From sequence record OQ067376.1: 64,000 nucleotides of DNA. One strand, 5' to 3'. The position numbers and the translations under genes were made by a program. Under the pieces are notes generated by a model, which searched no databases, was not told the DNA's origin, and was given only the letters and a program-made list of their open reading frames with translations. This DNA comes from Escherichia phage a51. Below, piece after piece: positions 34,290-43,937 of the stretch (positions are counted from its first letter, which is position 1; the number at the start of each line of letters is the position of its first letter).

Positions 34290-34441
34290 TTGGTTTCCTC
34301 AACACTTTTAATTTTTATAGCTTGTTTAGAACTTTCAAAGCATTGACAATATACTCTTACCGCATCAAACTGGTTGGCCGCTTTAAGATGGACTACACCT
34401 TCGCCGTTATAAAATTCTACGACAATTTTAAATGTTTTCAT
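34286..34441 (-). CDS. small hypothetical protein (51 aa)
   Basis: Own translation ([40 protein letters not shown]...); ATGA overlaps at both ends. Confidence 0.35.
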   Translation of the reverse strand: MKTFKIVVEFYNGEGVVHLKAANQFDAVRVYCQCFESSKQAIKIKSVEETK

Positions 34442-34767
34442 TTAAACCATCCTTTAATACGTTGCCATAAAGTTTTCTGTTGAGCTTTGTTAACACCAAT
34501 TGAACGAATAACTGGTTGAGATTCCTGAAATTCTTTATAATCAGCAAGGTAAATTTCGTAAGCTGCATCCGTAAATGAACTTATCGCTGCCATAAAATTA
34601 TTGCGAATACCTACTGGAGCATCTTTACTTTCACGAATAATCATGTATTTACCAGTCTTAATCTTTACGATAGTTCCAAGATAAGCTCCATGGTACCAGA
34701 TGTCCCAACCCTCTTGAGTAGGTTCTACACAACGACGAAGTTCATTGACAATTTCTAACTTGTTCAT
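34438..34767 (-). CDS. hypothetical protein (109 aa)
   Basis: ORF track. Confidence 0.5.
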   Translation of the reverse strand: MNKLEIVNELRRCVEPTQEGWDIWYHGAYLGTIVKIKTGKYMIIRESKDAPVGIRNNFMAAISSFTDAAYEIYLADYKEFQESQPVIRSIGVNKAQQKTLWQRIKGWFK

Positions 34768-34777
34768 TATTTATTCC

Positions 34778-35413
34778 TCACAGTTCAGATGCTACAGTGA
34801 TTACAGCTTCAATGTTTTCTGCCGAGCGTTTAATGTCAAGATACACATTACCGTTTTTAGCGATTTTACATGACATTCCGATATCAGTAAATTTCTGAAT
34901 ATGATGTTCCATCATTTTGTATCCAAAAATTCGCATATTTCCATTGTTATTAATTTCAAAATTACGAATTCCGTGAGTGCGTTTTTCTAAAATAGCAAGA
35001 TAGTTACTGCGGTAAGTTTCAACCTTTTTAAGAACAAATCCATTTTCATCTAAAAGTTTTAGCATAAGGTCTTTATCTTCTTCCATATCAGAAGTAATTT
35101 CGCGAGCTTTACGAGTTGCTCGTTTTTTCAGCAGTTCCGGAGCGTTTTCCTGTGCGTATAAAGTTGCTGCATTTGAAATAATATCCTGAGCTTCACCAGT
35201 AATGATTAATCCATCACCAGATTTCTCCACCAGGCCTTTTTTAATCAATACCCCAATATTACTATTAACTACTGCGTTACCTAAATCTGGATGCACCTCA
35301 CGAACTTCTGCGGCTGTAATGAAATCTTTCTTAGCAATGGTAATTAAAATCGCAGCAGTTTTTTCATTCAGAACATCGTTAGAAGCTTTGATGATGTAAG
35401 TTACTTTAGACAT
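34778..35413 (-). CDS. motA: MotA middle-transcription activator
   Basis: 211 aa, sequence recognised as T4 MotA. Confidence 0.95.
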   Translation of the reverse strand: MSKVTYIIKASNDVLNEKTAAILITIAKKDFITAAEVREVHPDLGNAVVNSNIGVLIKKGLVEKSGDGLIITGEAQDIISNAATLYAQENAPELLKKRATRKAREITSDMEEDKDLMLKLLDENGFVLKKVETYRSNYLAILEKRTHGIRNFEINNNGNMRIFGYKMMEHHIQKFTDIGMSCKIAKNGNVYLDIKRSAENIEAVITVASEL

Positions 35414-35448
35414 TTTAATCTCCGTTTCAGTTCATTTATTTGATAGGT

Positions 35449-35479
35449 CTATAGTATCATGTTTAAAGCAGAAGTAAAC
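35449..35479 (-). promoter_or_regulatory. T4 early-type promoter upstream of motA
   Basis: gtaaac 35474-35479 (plus); ctatagtatcat -10 region. Confidence 0.5.
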
Positions 35480-35518
35480 ACTTTTTTGCACTCTTTTTCA
35501 AGAGCTCTAATAAAGTAC

Positions 35519-35746
35519 TTACTTAATGTTCAGATTACGAACTTCGATTTCGTCTTCATGGGCAAAATCAAACTGTTTGAATTCTGTGTCACCTTTAAAT
35601 TTAAAAATCATTGTGAAGAAAGTCAGAACACCAGGTTTTTCTTCACGAACTCCACAGATATCATATTCAATACCATCTACAACCAGTTTGTTAGCAGTCA
35701 GAGCATTTTTAGCTTTAACGATTTCGTTTTCGATTTTAAATTTCAT
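35519..35746 (-). CDS. hypothetical protein (75 aa; T4 52.1 position)
   Basis: ORF track. Confidence 0.5.
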   Translation of the reverse strand: MKFKIENEIVKAKNALTANKLVVDGIEYDICGVREEKPGVLTFFTMIFKFKGDTEFKQFDFAHEDEIEVRNLNIK

Positions 35747-35793
35747 TTTTTGTATCTCCGGGTTGTTTGTTTCAGTTCATTTATTTGATAGTT

Positions 35794-35825
35794 GTATAGT
35801 ACCACAGTATGCTTTGGTTGTAAAC
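35794..35825 (-). promoter_or_regulatory. T4 early-type promoter
   Basis: gtaaac 35820-35825 (plus); gtatagtaccac -10 region; upstream segment duplicated from 35434. Confidence 0.5.
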
Positions 35826-35849
35826 CGTTTTGTGAAAAAATTTTTGAAA

Positions 35850-35876
35850 TAAAAAAGGGAGAGCCGAGGCTCTCCC
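35850..35876 (-). terminator. rho-independent terminator
   Basis: gggagagccgaggctctccc hairpin with T-run on minus strand. Confidence 0.55.
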
Positions 35877-35881
35877 TAAAA

Positions 35882-36031
35882 TTACTGCATGACTGTGATA
35901 ACTGTCATGATAACACGTTGAATTCCGAACGCAAGAAGACCTCCTGCTACGGCAGGAACAACACCTAAACCCGCCAGTAAAATGCCACCAGATACTAATG
36001 CAGCGCTTGTGATACCAATGAATGGACTCAT
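35882..36031 (-). CDS. small hydrophobic membrane protein (49 aa)
   Basis: Own translation MSPFIGITSAALVSGGILLAGLGVVPAVAGGLLAFGIQRVIMTVITVMQ; ATGA overlap with gene 52 stop. Confidence 0.4.
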   Translation of the reverse strand: MSPFIGITSAALVSGGILLAGLGVVPAVAGGLLAFGIQRVIMTVITVMQ

Positions 36032-37356
36032 TTGATTTCCTCTAAATCTTTGGTGTATTCTGTAACTACATCAGTAGTTTTCCAATATTCGTTTTCTTCT
36101 TTTTTGGCTTTAGCTTCTTCAGCAAGTTTCTTTGCTTCGTCGGAAGTCATATGAAAAATGTTCATTCCAACTAGTTTATCAACATAAGAAGAATACATAT
36201 CAATTTTAGAAAGTTCTTCGGTCAGTTCTTTGCGAGTTTTACCTTGTACAACAATTTCACCTGAAATTACTTTCTTAATGAAATGTGCCTTGGCAAAAGC
36301 TAAACGAAATGCTGATTCAGTTTCTTTGATTTTGTTATCAATTCGTTTTTGGACATAAGTTTTACGAACTTCAACGAAGTCTTTGATTAAATCAACTACA
36401 TTATCGTAAACTTGCAGCTTTCCTTTCTCATTAATGACGGTAATATTCTGGGAACGACGCTCAATCAACCCGAAGTCTTTCATAATTTTTGCATGGCGTT
36501 CTTCTTCATTATCGCTCAAAGAGTATTCTTTTCGGAATTTAACTTTGAAGCCAAAGCCATGCTCACCACAAGCATCATCCCATGTAATGAAGCCTTTATC
36601 TTCAAGCGGGTCTAAGATTTTACTCACATAAGTTTCACGATCATACTTATATGGAATCTCAGTGATATGCATTTGAGTTCGTGAAGTAAACTTATATGTT
36701 CCACGAATTTCATATTGCCCATCAATTTCAACGACTTCACCACGAAATTCTGGGAATTCTACCTTCGGTTTAGTTACTTTCTTTCCTTGAAGAGCTTGCA
36801 GTACAGCTTTCTTGACAGAAGAAACACTATGAGGAAGAATGTAAGTTGCATAACCAGTTGCAATACCGGAAACGCCATTAAGAAGAACAGTAGGAATAAT
36901 AGGCAAATAGAAAGCAGGCGGAATGTGTTCTTTATCTTGATGTACTGGAGCATATTCAGTATCTTTATATACGTTATAGAAATTTTTACTTACACGAGCA
37001 AAAATATAACGACTTGCTGCTGCCTTTTGGACAGTACGAGAACCAAAGTTTCCTTGACCGTCTAACAGAGGAAAGTTATTATTCCAAGTGTTAGCCATCA
37101 AAGCACCTGCGTCTTGCGCAGAGTTTTCACCATGATGATATCCAAGGTCCGCTACACCGCCTGCGATAGAAGCGAGTTTGTGAAACTTATCTTTATTTCC
37201 TCGTGCCAAATCAAGAGCTCGAGCAATAACAAATCGTTGAACTGGCTTAAATCCGTCAATCATATTTGGAATGGCACGATTTTCAACCGTGTACATAGCA
37301 TAAGCCAATGCTTCATTATCAATGATACTTTTTAAATCACGATTATTCAGTTGCAT
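36028..37356 (-). CDS. 52: gp52 topoisomerase II medium subunit (GyrA-like N-terminal part)
   Basis: 442 aa, same length as T4 gp52, DNA breakage-reunion domain. Confidence 0.95.
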   Translation of the reverse strand: MQLNNRDLKSIIDNEALAYAMYTVENRAIPNMIDGFKPVQRFVIARALDLARGNKDKFHKLASIAGGVADLGYHHGENSAQDAGALMANTWNNNFPLLDGQGNFGSRTVQKAAASRYIFARVSKNFYNVYKDTEYAPVHQDKEHIPPAFYLPIIPTVLLNGVSGIATGYATYILPHSVSSVKKAVLQALQGKKVTKPKVEFPEFRGEVVEIDGQYEIRGTYKFTSRTQMHITEIPYKYDRETYVSKILDPLEDKGFITWDDACGEHGFGFKVKFRKEYSLSDNEEERHAKIMKDFGLIERRSQNITVINEKGKLQVYDNVVDLIKDFVEVRKTYVQKRIDNKIKETESAFRLAFAKAHFIKKVISGEIVVQGKTRKELTEELSKIDMYSSYVDKLVGMNIFHMTSDEAKKLAEEAKAKKEENEYWKTTDVVTEYTKDLEEIK

Positions 37357-37493
37357 AAATTTACCATACTAGTGAATGTAGTGCCATAATAACATCAGAA
37401 ATGAAAAGCACGACTTGAATTAATCCGAACATTATTCCGTAATATAATGCTATCAATAAAATAGCAAGGGCTAATGAATAGCCCAAGATTTTC

Positions 37494-37652
37494 TTAATCA
37501 TTAGTAGATAACAACACAAATGTTAAATATGCACACATACCCTGAGCTAAAGCTTGCGAAAACACACTGCTGGCATCAATACAGATAGTTAAAACACATG
37601 CTACTATCCAACAAATAAATGAAATAACTCCTAATAATTTTGCAATATTCAT
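37494..37652 (-). CDS. ac: Ac (acridine sensitivity) small membrane protein
   Basis: Own translation, 52 aa hydrophobic (MNIAKLLGVISFICWIVACVL...); between 52 and stp as in T4. Confidence 0.6.
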   Translation of the reverse strand: MNIAKLLGVISFICWIVACVLTICIDASSVFSQALAQGMCAYLTFVLLSTND

Positions 37653-37659
37653 ATTTTCC

Positions 37660-37740
37660 TCACTGGCGTCCGAAGACGCCTTTAGTTTTAAGATTGTTAC
37701 GATAGAACTGCATTACGTGTTCGTTATGGAAATTACTCAT
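37660..37740 (-). CDS. stp: Stp peptide (activator of host anticodon nuclease)
   Basis: Own translation [26 protein letters not shown] (26 aa); start overlaps ndd stop. Confidence 0.7.
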
Positions 37741-38195
37741 TAATATGCCTGCAAAACAAATTTAAAGTTATCAGCCAACATACGGTTCATTTCTTCAAGT
37801 GTTTGATACTCAGAATGATGATTACGAGTAAACGCCAAAGCTAACTGACCTTTTCCAAATCCTGTCGTCAAAGGTTTCATCTTAGAAGCAGGAAGATAAA
37901 ATACTGTGTATGGAACATTGTTATTTGCAATAGTACGCGCAAGCTGAGACCGACGCTGACGAATATGACTTAGAACTGCACTGAATCCTTGCTTAGAACG
38001 CTGATTACCTACATAAAATCGTGCAGATACACACGGACTATCAAATGGACCACCAAATTTGCTCACTAAAAAGTAAAATCCAGGGTTAGACAAAATGTCT
38101 TTATGCGGAGTTCCAAAAACCCATTCACCACCCTTGATTGTACCAATAACAGTTGCGCCTGCGTTGTTCAGATCAGTAACAGTCATGTATTTCAT
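37740..38195 (-). CDS. ndd: Ndd nucleoid disruption protein
   Basis: 151 aa, length and position as T4 Ndd. Confidence 0.85.
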
Positions 38196-38255
38196 ATTAA
38201 TTTCCTCTAATTATTTTCTACTCCATGGCCGCATGAATACACACGGCCTGTTAAA

Positions 38256-38471
38256 TTAATCGTCGCAGTCGACGCTCAATTCCCAAAACTCTTCTACAGT
38301 ATAAGTTTCAGTATCATTTTCAATACAGAAACGTTCATTACTGTTATTTGCTAAAGTAGCGTTAACTGTCGGTTTCTCGCTAGTGCTCTTAAGAGGTGAA
38401 ATACGAATTAACTGATCACCATTATCTAAACAGAAAATTTCACCAACTTTTACATCTTTAAAAATTTTCAT
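38256..38471 (-). CDS. hypothetical protein (71 aa)
   Basis: ORF track. Confidence 0.5.
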   Translation of the reverse strand: MKIFKDVKVGEIFCLDNGDQLIRISPLKSTSEKPTVNATLANNSNERFCIENDTETYTVEEFWELSVDCDD

Positions 38472-38574
38472 AATTCACCTCAGGGAGTATAAAATCCAAA
38501 TGCAGTTGTTGACCATCCCATCCAATATGGGATATTTGCGCCAATGTAAAACATAAGAATATAAAACCAAATGC

Positions 38575-38793
38575 TTATTTTACACCATTCCAAATTGTTT
38601 CAACCACGGATTTTAAACCATTTTGATGAATATCAATTCCGACTACTGTCATCAAATAGATTCCAACTACAACTGAACCTAAGGCAAAAATCAGCATGAA
38701 AATGAATAAAGCCGGAAAAATATTATCGAAAAACCATTCAATAAATGTAAAAGCACTGCGTTTACGCTTCATATTTTCCTCACATAAATCCAA
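38575..38793 (-). CDS. hypothetical membrane protein (72 aa)
   Basis: ORF track; hydrophobic core FIFMLIFALGSVVVGIYLMTVVGI. Confidence 0.5.
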   Translation of the reverse strand: MDLCEENMKRKRSAFTFIEWFFDNIFPALFIFMLIFALGSVVVGIYLMTVVGIDIHQNGLKSVVETIWNGVK

Positions 38794-38893
38794 AGTAAGC
38801 GTTTAATACATCAATCATTAAAACGATTGGGAATATACTCAAAACTATTAGTATTATAACTACATTCCATATAGCTTTAACAATCTTTTTCAT
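38783..38893 (-). CDS. small hydrophobic peptide (36 aa)
   Basis: Internal ATG at 38893 with GGAGG eight nt upstream; the longer 82 aa track ORF reads through the upstream promoter and is rejected. Confidence 0.35.
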
Positions 38894-38919
38894 TTTCTGT
38901 TCCTCCGTAGTTGATAGGG

Positions 38920-38951
38920 TAATAGTACCACGGAAGAACAGTCTTGTAAAC
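38920..38951 (-). promoter_or_regulatory. T4 early-type promoter
   Basis: gtaaac 38946-38951 (plus); taatagtaccac -10 region. Confidence 0.5.
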
Positions 38952-39136
38952 AACTTTTTTAAAAATATTCGTAATAAATGTGAATACCAACTACTACCGC
39001 TGAAACCTGTGCAACCCACCACGCACAAGCAATAAGTACAGAATTCAAAATTTTCATAATAACCTCATCACAAAAGTAAATGTTAAACAAATTACTGGAA
39101 TACTAATTAACCAAACAAAACACCACCACAGTGAAC

Positions 39137-39400
39137 TCATAGTTCAATCTCAACGATTTCCAGGTGTTTTTGTTTTATTGCCTTTTTAACACAATCATGG
39201 ACTAAATATGACCATGAATCATTATATTCTCCATTAACTAATCGTTGGAGATCTTCACGTGATGATAAGTAAGGTTGATCTGATTCCCATTTTGATAAAA
39301 ATACTGCAGTAAAAATATCTCCTTCACCTGTAGTTGAAGTCGTAAATGCAATAAATTCACCGGTAATTTTATGTTTAGCGTAATAAAATTTAAATTTCAT
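39137..39400 (-). CDS. hypothetical protein (87 aa)
   Basis: ATG at 39400 with GGAGG upstream; longer track ORF (to 39493) would read through the promoter. Confidence 0.5.
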   Translation of the reverse strand: MKFKFYYAKHKITGEFIAFTTSTTGEGDIFTAVFLSKWESDQPYLSSREDLQRLVNGEYNDSWSYLVHDCVKKAIKQKHLEIVEIEL

Positions 39401-39424
39401 TTTTACTCCTCCGTAGCTGATAGT

Positions 39425-39457
39425 TGTATAGTACCACGGTCCTTGTGGTATGTAAAC
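39425..39457 (-). promoter_or_regulatory. T4 early-type promoter
   Basis: gtaaac 39452-39457 (plus); gtatagtaccac -10 region. Confidence 0.5.
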
Positions 39458-39474
39458 TGTTTTGTGAAAATTTT

Positions 39475-40032
39475 TTAAATGGAAAGATACCATCCGTTGT
39501 AGTTGCTTTTTCTTACAACCTTACGAAGGTCTTCTCTATCACCGATGAACTTCGGAGTGTACTGGATGACACCTGGATGAATTTCTTTAGTGTTGAATAT
39601 AATTATACAGTCAGCGACTTGATGATTCAGAATGGGCCCTAGATTTATTCCAGAACCGTATGGATACTCTCCGCTGCATCCTGTTGTTACCGAAATCCAA
39701 CGTGAGTCAGTTTGATGTGTCTTAACTTCTACACGAAGTCCACAGTATCTTGGGTGTGCCAATACATCCCATGCGTACGTATACGGGTCATTAACATCCT
39801 CTTGGCCTTTGTTAACATACCCGCTCAGCCAATTTGCTACAAAAAACTCTGCATACACAGCGATACGGCATCTTTCAATAACTTCTGCTTTATCCTGATT
39901 AGGATTTTGTTTTAAAGAGTATCTTGCTGTATCAGCAATTTTGACCTTCATTTCACTAGTCAAGTCACTGTTCGATAGGGTAAATGTCGGAATCTGAAAT
40001 AGTCTCTGTAAACCCGGATTCGTTTTCTGCAT
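39475..40032 (-). CDS. denB: endonuclease IV
   Basis: 185 aa as T4 DenB; good AAGGA ribosome-binding site; 68 nt overlap with upstream ORF is unusual. Confidence 0.8.
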   Translation of the reverse strand: MQKTNPGLQRLFQIPTFTLSNSDLTSEMKVKIADTARYSLKQNPNQDKAEVIERCRIAVYAEFFVANWLSGYVNKGQEDVNDPYTYAWDVLAHPRYCGLRVEVKTHQTDSRWISVTTGCSGEYPYGSGINLGPILNHQVADCIIIFNTKEIHPGVIQYTPKFIGDREDLRKVVRKSNYNGWYLSI

Positions 40033-40294
40033 TTAGACTTTCCTTTTTACCACTAAGATAAGCGTTATATACTTTAAGAGTACCATAATAAATTCGATCA
40101 TTTTCATTTAAAGACTCACGGTCAAGTTCATCGAGCTCCTTTTTATCCATGACTATAACATCATTACAGTAAAGAAACCCAAGTTTTTCGTGACCAAACT
40201 CAAATTTATTACAGTACACAATATTAGCGTGATGATTTCCGTGCAGTTTAATCTCTTTTATGTCGGAATCACCGATATTCATACAATAAATCAT
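39965..40294 (-). CDS. hypothetical protein (109 aa)
   Basis: ORF track. Confidence 0.5.
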   Translation of the reverse strand: MIYCMNIGDSDIKEIKLHGNHHANIVYCNKFEFGHEKLGFLYCNDVIVMDKKELDELDRESLNENDRIYYGTLKVYNAYLSGKKESLNAENESGFTETISDSDIYPIEQ

Positions 40295-40302
40295 AATTTT
40301 TC

Positions 40303-40328
40303 CTTAAAACAAAAGGGCCGAAGCCCTT
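40303..40328 (-). terminator. rho-independent terminator (GGGC-CGAA-GCCC hairpin)
   Basis: aagggccgaagccctt flanked by A/T runs; degenerate copy at 40544-40557. Confidence 0.5.
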
Positions 40329-40332
40329 TATT

Positions 40333-40527
40333 TTACTTGAATTGTGCAATTCTTTTCTCTAGACATTCAGCATAAGATTTCATTGAGATAAACTGCGAAA
40401 GTAGCAGTTCTTGCTCAACTGCGCTAACTGTTAGAAACTTTGCGCTTTCTAAAAATTTGCTCAGTGCATTAATTTTGAGCATTAATTGATCGTATTCTTC
40501 TTTTACTCGTGCTTGATAACCTAACAT
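40333..40527 (-). CDS. hypothetical protein (64 aa)
   Basis: ORF track. Confidence 0.5.
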   Translation of the reverse strand: MLGYQARVKEEYDQLMLKINALSKFLESAKFLTVSAVEQELLLSQFISMKSYAECLEKRIAQFK

Positions 40528-40559
40528 AATTTTCCTTAATGTAATAAGGGCCGAAGCCT

Positions 40560-41498
40560 TTATTTGAATTGTTCAGTAACGTCTTCAACTACTTCGTATT
40601 GGCAGGTACGCATTTTAGCATCGTTGTAATCAATCGGAATTGATACTACATCACGCGGATGTACTTTAACTTTTACAACTCGGCTGGTTGAACTGCCAAA
40701 GTGACGAATATAAGATTTAGAACACACATGCAGACCATGAGAACAAGTTTGTGTATCATCGTCATTCACACGAGTACGTGGCATTTTAACTACTTTACCC
40801 GGACTGTTATCAAAGGTGTTTGAGTGACAGTCAAAGTAATTGCTACGAACTACTTTCCAAGCATAGAAGTAACCATCTTCTGTAATTTCAATATCGTTTG
40901 CTACCAAGAAATCAAAGAGTCGAGATACCGCTTTTTGGCTTGGGTTTTCCAACAGATTTTCCAGGAACGGAAAATAAAATTCAAAGTTTTCGCCTTTTTC
41001 CATCGAATCGAGAATACGATCAACTAAACCAGACCGCAATTCAATGTTTTGATAGAACAAGCTTCCACCTTCAATTCGAACATCGCCGGAAATATATTTT
41101 TCAACAGCGCGACGAACATTAATTTTTTGTGCCGCTTCTTCCAATTTATCTGCAACAAGCAGATTAAGAATTTCCTGGAAGTTTGAATGAGTATTAGGAG
41201 TTGCGTTATAAGTTACACCGTCAACAGTAATTGAAATGAATTTTTTAGATGCATTCCAAATAATGTCAGATTTAGCAACTGGAGCAATAACTGCATCGCT
41301 ATTAACTTTAACTGTAATATCACCACTAATAGTAACTTTAGAGCGCTCAGCTTCTTCAGCATTTTTCAAAACACGACGGATTGTGTCCACCGATACACCT
41401 TGCCAATCAGCCAATTCCTGTTGGGTGTAATTACCACTTGAATACAGTTTGACAATTTCAGATTGTTCGTTTTTGGTCAGGCATTTAATATTGTACAT
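40560..41498 (-). CDS. rIIB: rIIB
   Basis: 312 aa, same length as T4 rIIB. Confidence 0.95.
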   Translation of the reverse strand: MYNIKCLTKNEQSEIVKLYSSGNYTQQELADWQGVSVDTIRRVLKNAEEAERSKVTISGDITVKVNSDAVIAPVAKSDIIWNASKKFISITVDGVTYNATPNTHSNFQEILNLLVADKLEEAAQKINVRRAVEKYISGDVRIEGGSLFYQNIELRSGLVDRILDSMEKGENFEFYFPFLENLLENPSQKAVSRLFDFLVANDIEITEDGYFYAWKVVRSNYFDCHSNTFDNSPGKVVKMPRTRVNDDDTQTCSHGLHVCSKSYIRHFGSSTSRVVKVKVHPRDVVSIPIDYNDAKMRTCQYEVVEDVTEQFK

Positions 41499-41509
41499 AA
41501 TTTTCCTTA

Positions 41510-43668
41510 TTAGGCCGCAAGGGCCTTCATAGTTTTAGCGATTTGGGAAACTTCATCATCACTTAAAGAGTTGCGATATCCGATGAAGTCGGAAACAATA
41601 CGGAATTTCTTAGTAAACTCAGCAACCATTTTATCACTGTTTTTTGAAGCATTATTTGATAATACATCAAAAAGATTAGTTACCGTCCAGATGTCATGAC
41701 CGATGGTATCTTTTCCACCGTTGAAATATACACCCTGTAATGAACTAACCATATTAGCGAGTCGTGTATATTCTTCGGAAACTTCATCATAAAATCTAGT
41801 TCAGGATACTTGATAATTTTATCAATATATCGTTGAGCTGAACTTGAATAACCTACGTACTTATCATAATCTACATCATCAAAAGCATCTACATATAAAT
41901 CACGCAGAGTTTCAAAAATACATTGGCACTGACCAAGTTCTTTTACCTTTTTCTGCAAAAGCGGACGAATAACATAAAATTCATTAATGCCAATAAGATT
42001 AGCCATACGAGTCAAAATACTCGTAGATGGATGACAGAGAGATGTAGTACCATCCATAGAGAAAATATCAGAACGATGCATATATGCTACATAACCAGTA
42101 ATTTCATCTGCTTCTGATGTGAGTGTAAACAGTTCCTCTTTTTCCCAGCGTCCGTCTTTAATTTCAAACTTAAATGCAGTAGCAGCTTTAGGACGAGGAG
42201 CTTTACTTTTAACTACCTTCGGAATATAACTTTTAACTAAAGCTTCAATTTCTGACAAATAATGAATGTTAACTTCATCACTTTCAAACATCGCCATAAT
42301 ATCAGGGAGTAAATCAATCTGCGATTCTACTTCTGGATTAATAAACAGAAGACGCTCATTGTGATGAATATTTAAAGTGTTATTAAATTCACTATCATCT
42401 AACGCATGTGCTAATCCACGAACAATATTAACACGATTTTTAATATCATCAATAACGATATTAATTTTTGTTGTATTAATACCAAACAGACGATAACTTG
42501 ATGCGACGGCTGAAGTTTCATGACTTTGCTTAATGCGTTTCAGTCGAGGGTCAAGATTTACTTCATACACAACCCCTGCATTGCATAACTTACTGTCAGG
42601 TTCAAACATGCTCTGCATCTTTTTATATGACAGATTTTTAGTCGTGAATTTGACTGAATTACTAATCATATAATCTCGAGCAGAATACCCCATCTTCATC
42701 AATTCACGGTATGTGTGACGAGGAGATGTAGATTCTTTAAATCGTTTTACATCTTCATTAAATGCTTTCTCACTGAGTTCTTTAACTCGTTCAATAATAT
42801 TTTTACGAGTACGATCGTCCAGTGAAAGAGCCTCACGCGATGGAGCAATATCAAGTGAACCCATTGGAAACTTAATGTAATTCACTTCATTGCGGATGCT
42901 TAACCAGTTACGGTCTTTAATAACACCATCAATAGGATAAACAATACCACCATAGATAGCATATAATCCACCACGATCTGGCCAGTATCTTTCTGGATTT
43001 ACGCCGTAATAGTCATCAAAATCCGGAAAATAATCAATTTCGCGATCAAGACCATTAATGATAGCCAAATCTTTGAATGGTCGCATGATATAAGAAACTT
43101 CATAAGCAAAGTTTCTAAAGTCTTTTTCTTCAACTGGAACTACGATTTCAATACCAGTTTTATCGTTTGGACCCATTTCTTTTACGAATGTAGGTTTAAT
43201 CTGCGGACCGTCACCATCCATGTAAGCTACATAACCACGAATTTCACCTTTATGATATGAAGTAATACTAAATGTATCAGTATAACTAAACGGAGATTTA
43301 GAACCTAAACCAAATCCACCAATGAAATCATTAGATTCAGCCTTAGATGAACTGAAGTATGAATTATACAACCCAGGAGAATTATCATCACCCTGAATAT
43401 CAAAATCGCTCATACCCGGACCAAAATCTCGACAAACAAATCGCGGATCTAATCGTCCTGGAACTTGAATGATAAATTTTTCAGGATTTCCATTAAGAGC
43501 ATGGGCATCAATCATGTTGGTAATCAATTCACGGACTACTGCGCGAATCTTGTTTGTATACAAATCAGATGATAGAATTTTAAATACTTTAGGAGATGCT
43601 GTGATGCTAAATGCTTTTGATTTAGAACCATTACCAAGAATTGTTTCTTTTTCAGTGGTGATAATCAT
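41510..43668 (-). pseudogene. rIIA: rIIA carrying an apparent frameshift near the 3' end (662 aa ORF 41680-43668 plus C-terminal segment in another frame, 41510-41800)
   Basis: Two ORF-track entries (662 aa and 80 aa) in different frames together span the expected single ~725 aa rIIA. Confidence 0.75.
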
Positions 43669-43678
43669 AATTTCCTCA

Positions 43679-43882
43679 TTAATTCATATTGCGTTTAATA
43701 ACTTCAACAACTTCTAGTAGTTCATCTTTAGTTGCGGTGTCGGATTGAATTTTATCTCTAATATCCTTAAAGCGGTTTTTAAACTCTTCAGCTTCTCCCA
43801 TATCGAAAAAGCGTTGAATGATTCTATATTCTCGATGAACTGCTTTATCAAAAAGTTCTAAATTTACTTTGTATGATTTCAT
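43679..43882 (-). CDS. hypothetical protein (67 aa; rIIA.1 position)
   Basis: ORF track. Confidence 0.5.
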   Translation of the reverse strand: MKSYKVNLELFDKAVHREYRIIQRFFDMGEAEEFKNRFKDIRDKIQSDTATKDELLEVVEVIKRNMN

Positions 43883-43905
43883 TTCAATATCCTCATTTGC
43901 TCAAT

Positions 43906-43937
43906 TAATTATACCACATCCTTGTGGTAAAGTAAAC
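43906..43937 (-). promoter_or_regulatory. T4 early-type promoter
   Basis: gtaaac 43932-43937 (plus); aattataccac -10 region. Confidence 0.5.

Noticed and set aside
35464-35470. MotA-box-like TGCTTTA upstream of motA
   Set aside because: It lies in the spacer of the early promoter at the wrong distance from a -10 element for a middle promoter.
38780-39028. 82 aa ORF from the ORF track
   Set aside because: It reads through an early promoter and has an implausible N-terminal half; only the C-terminal 36 aa from the internal ATG with GGAGG is kept.
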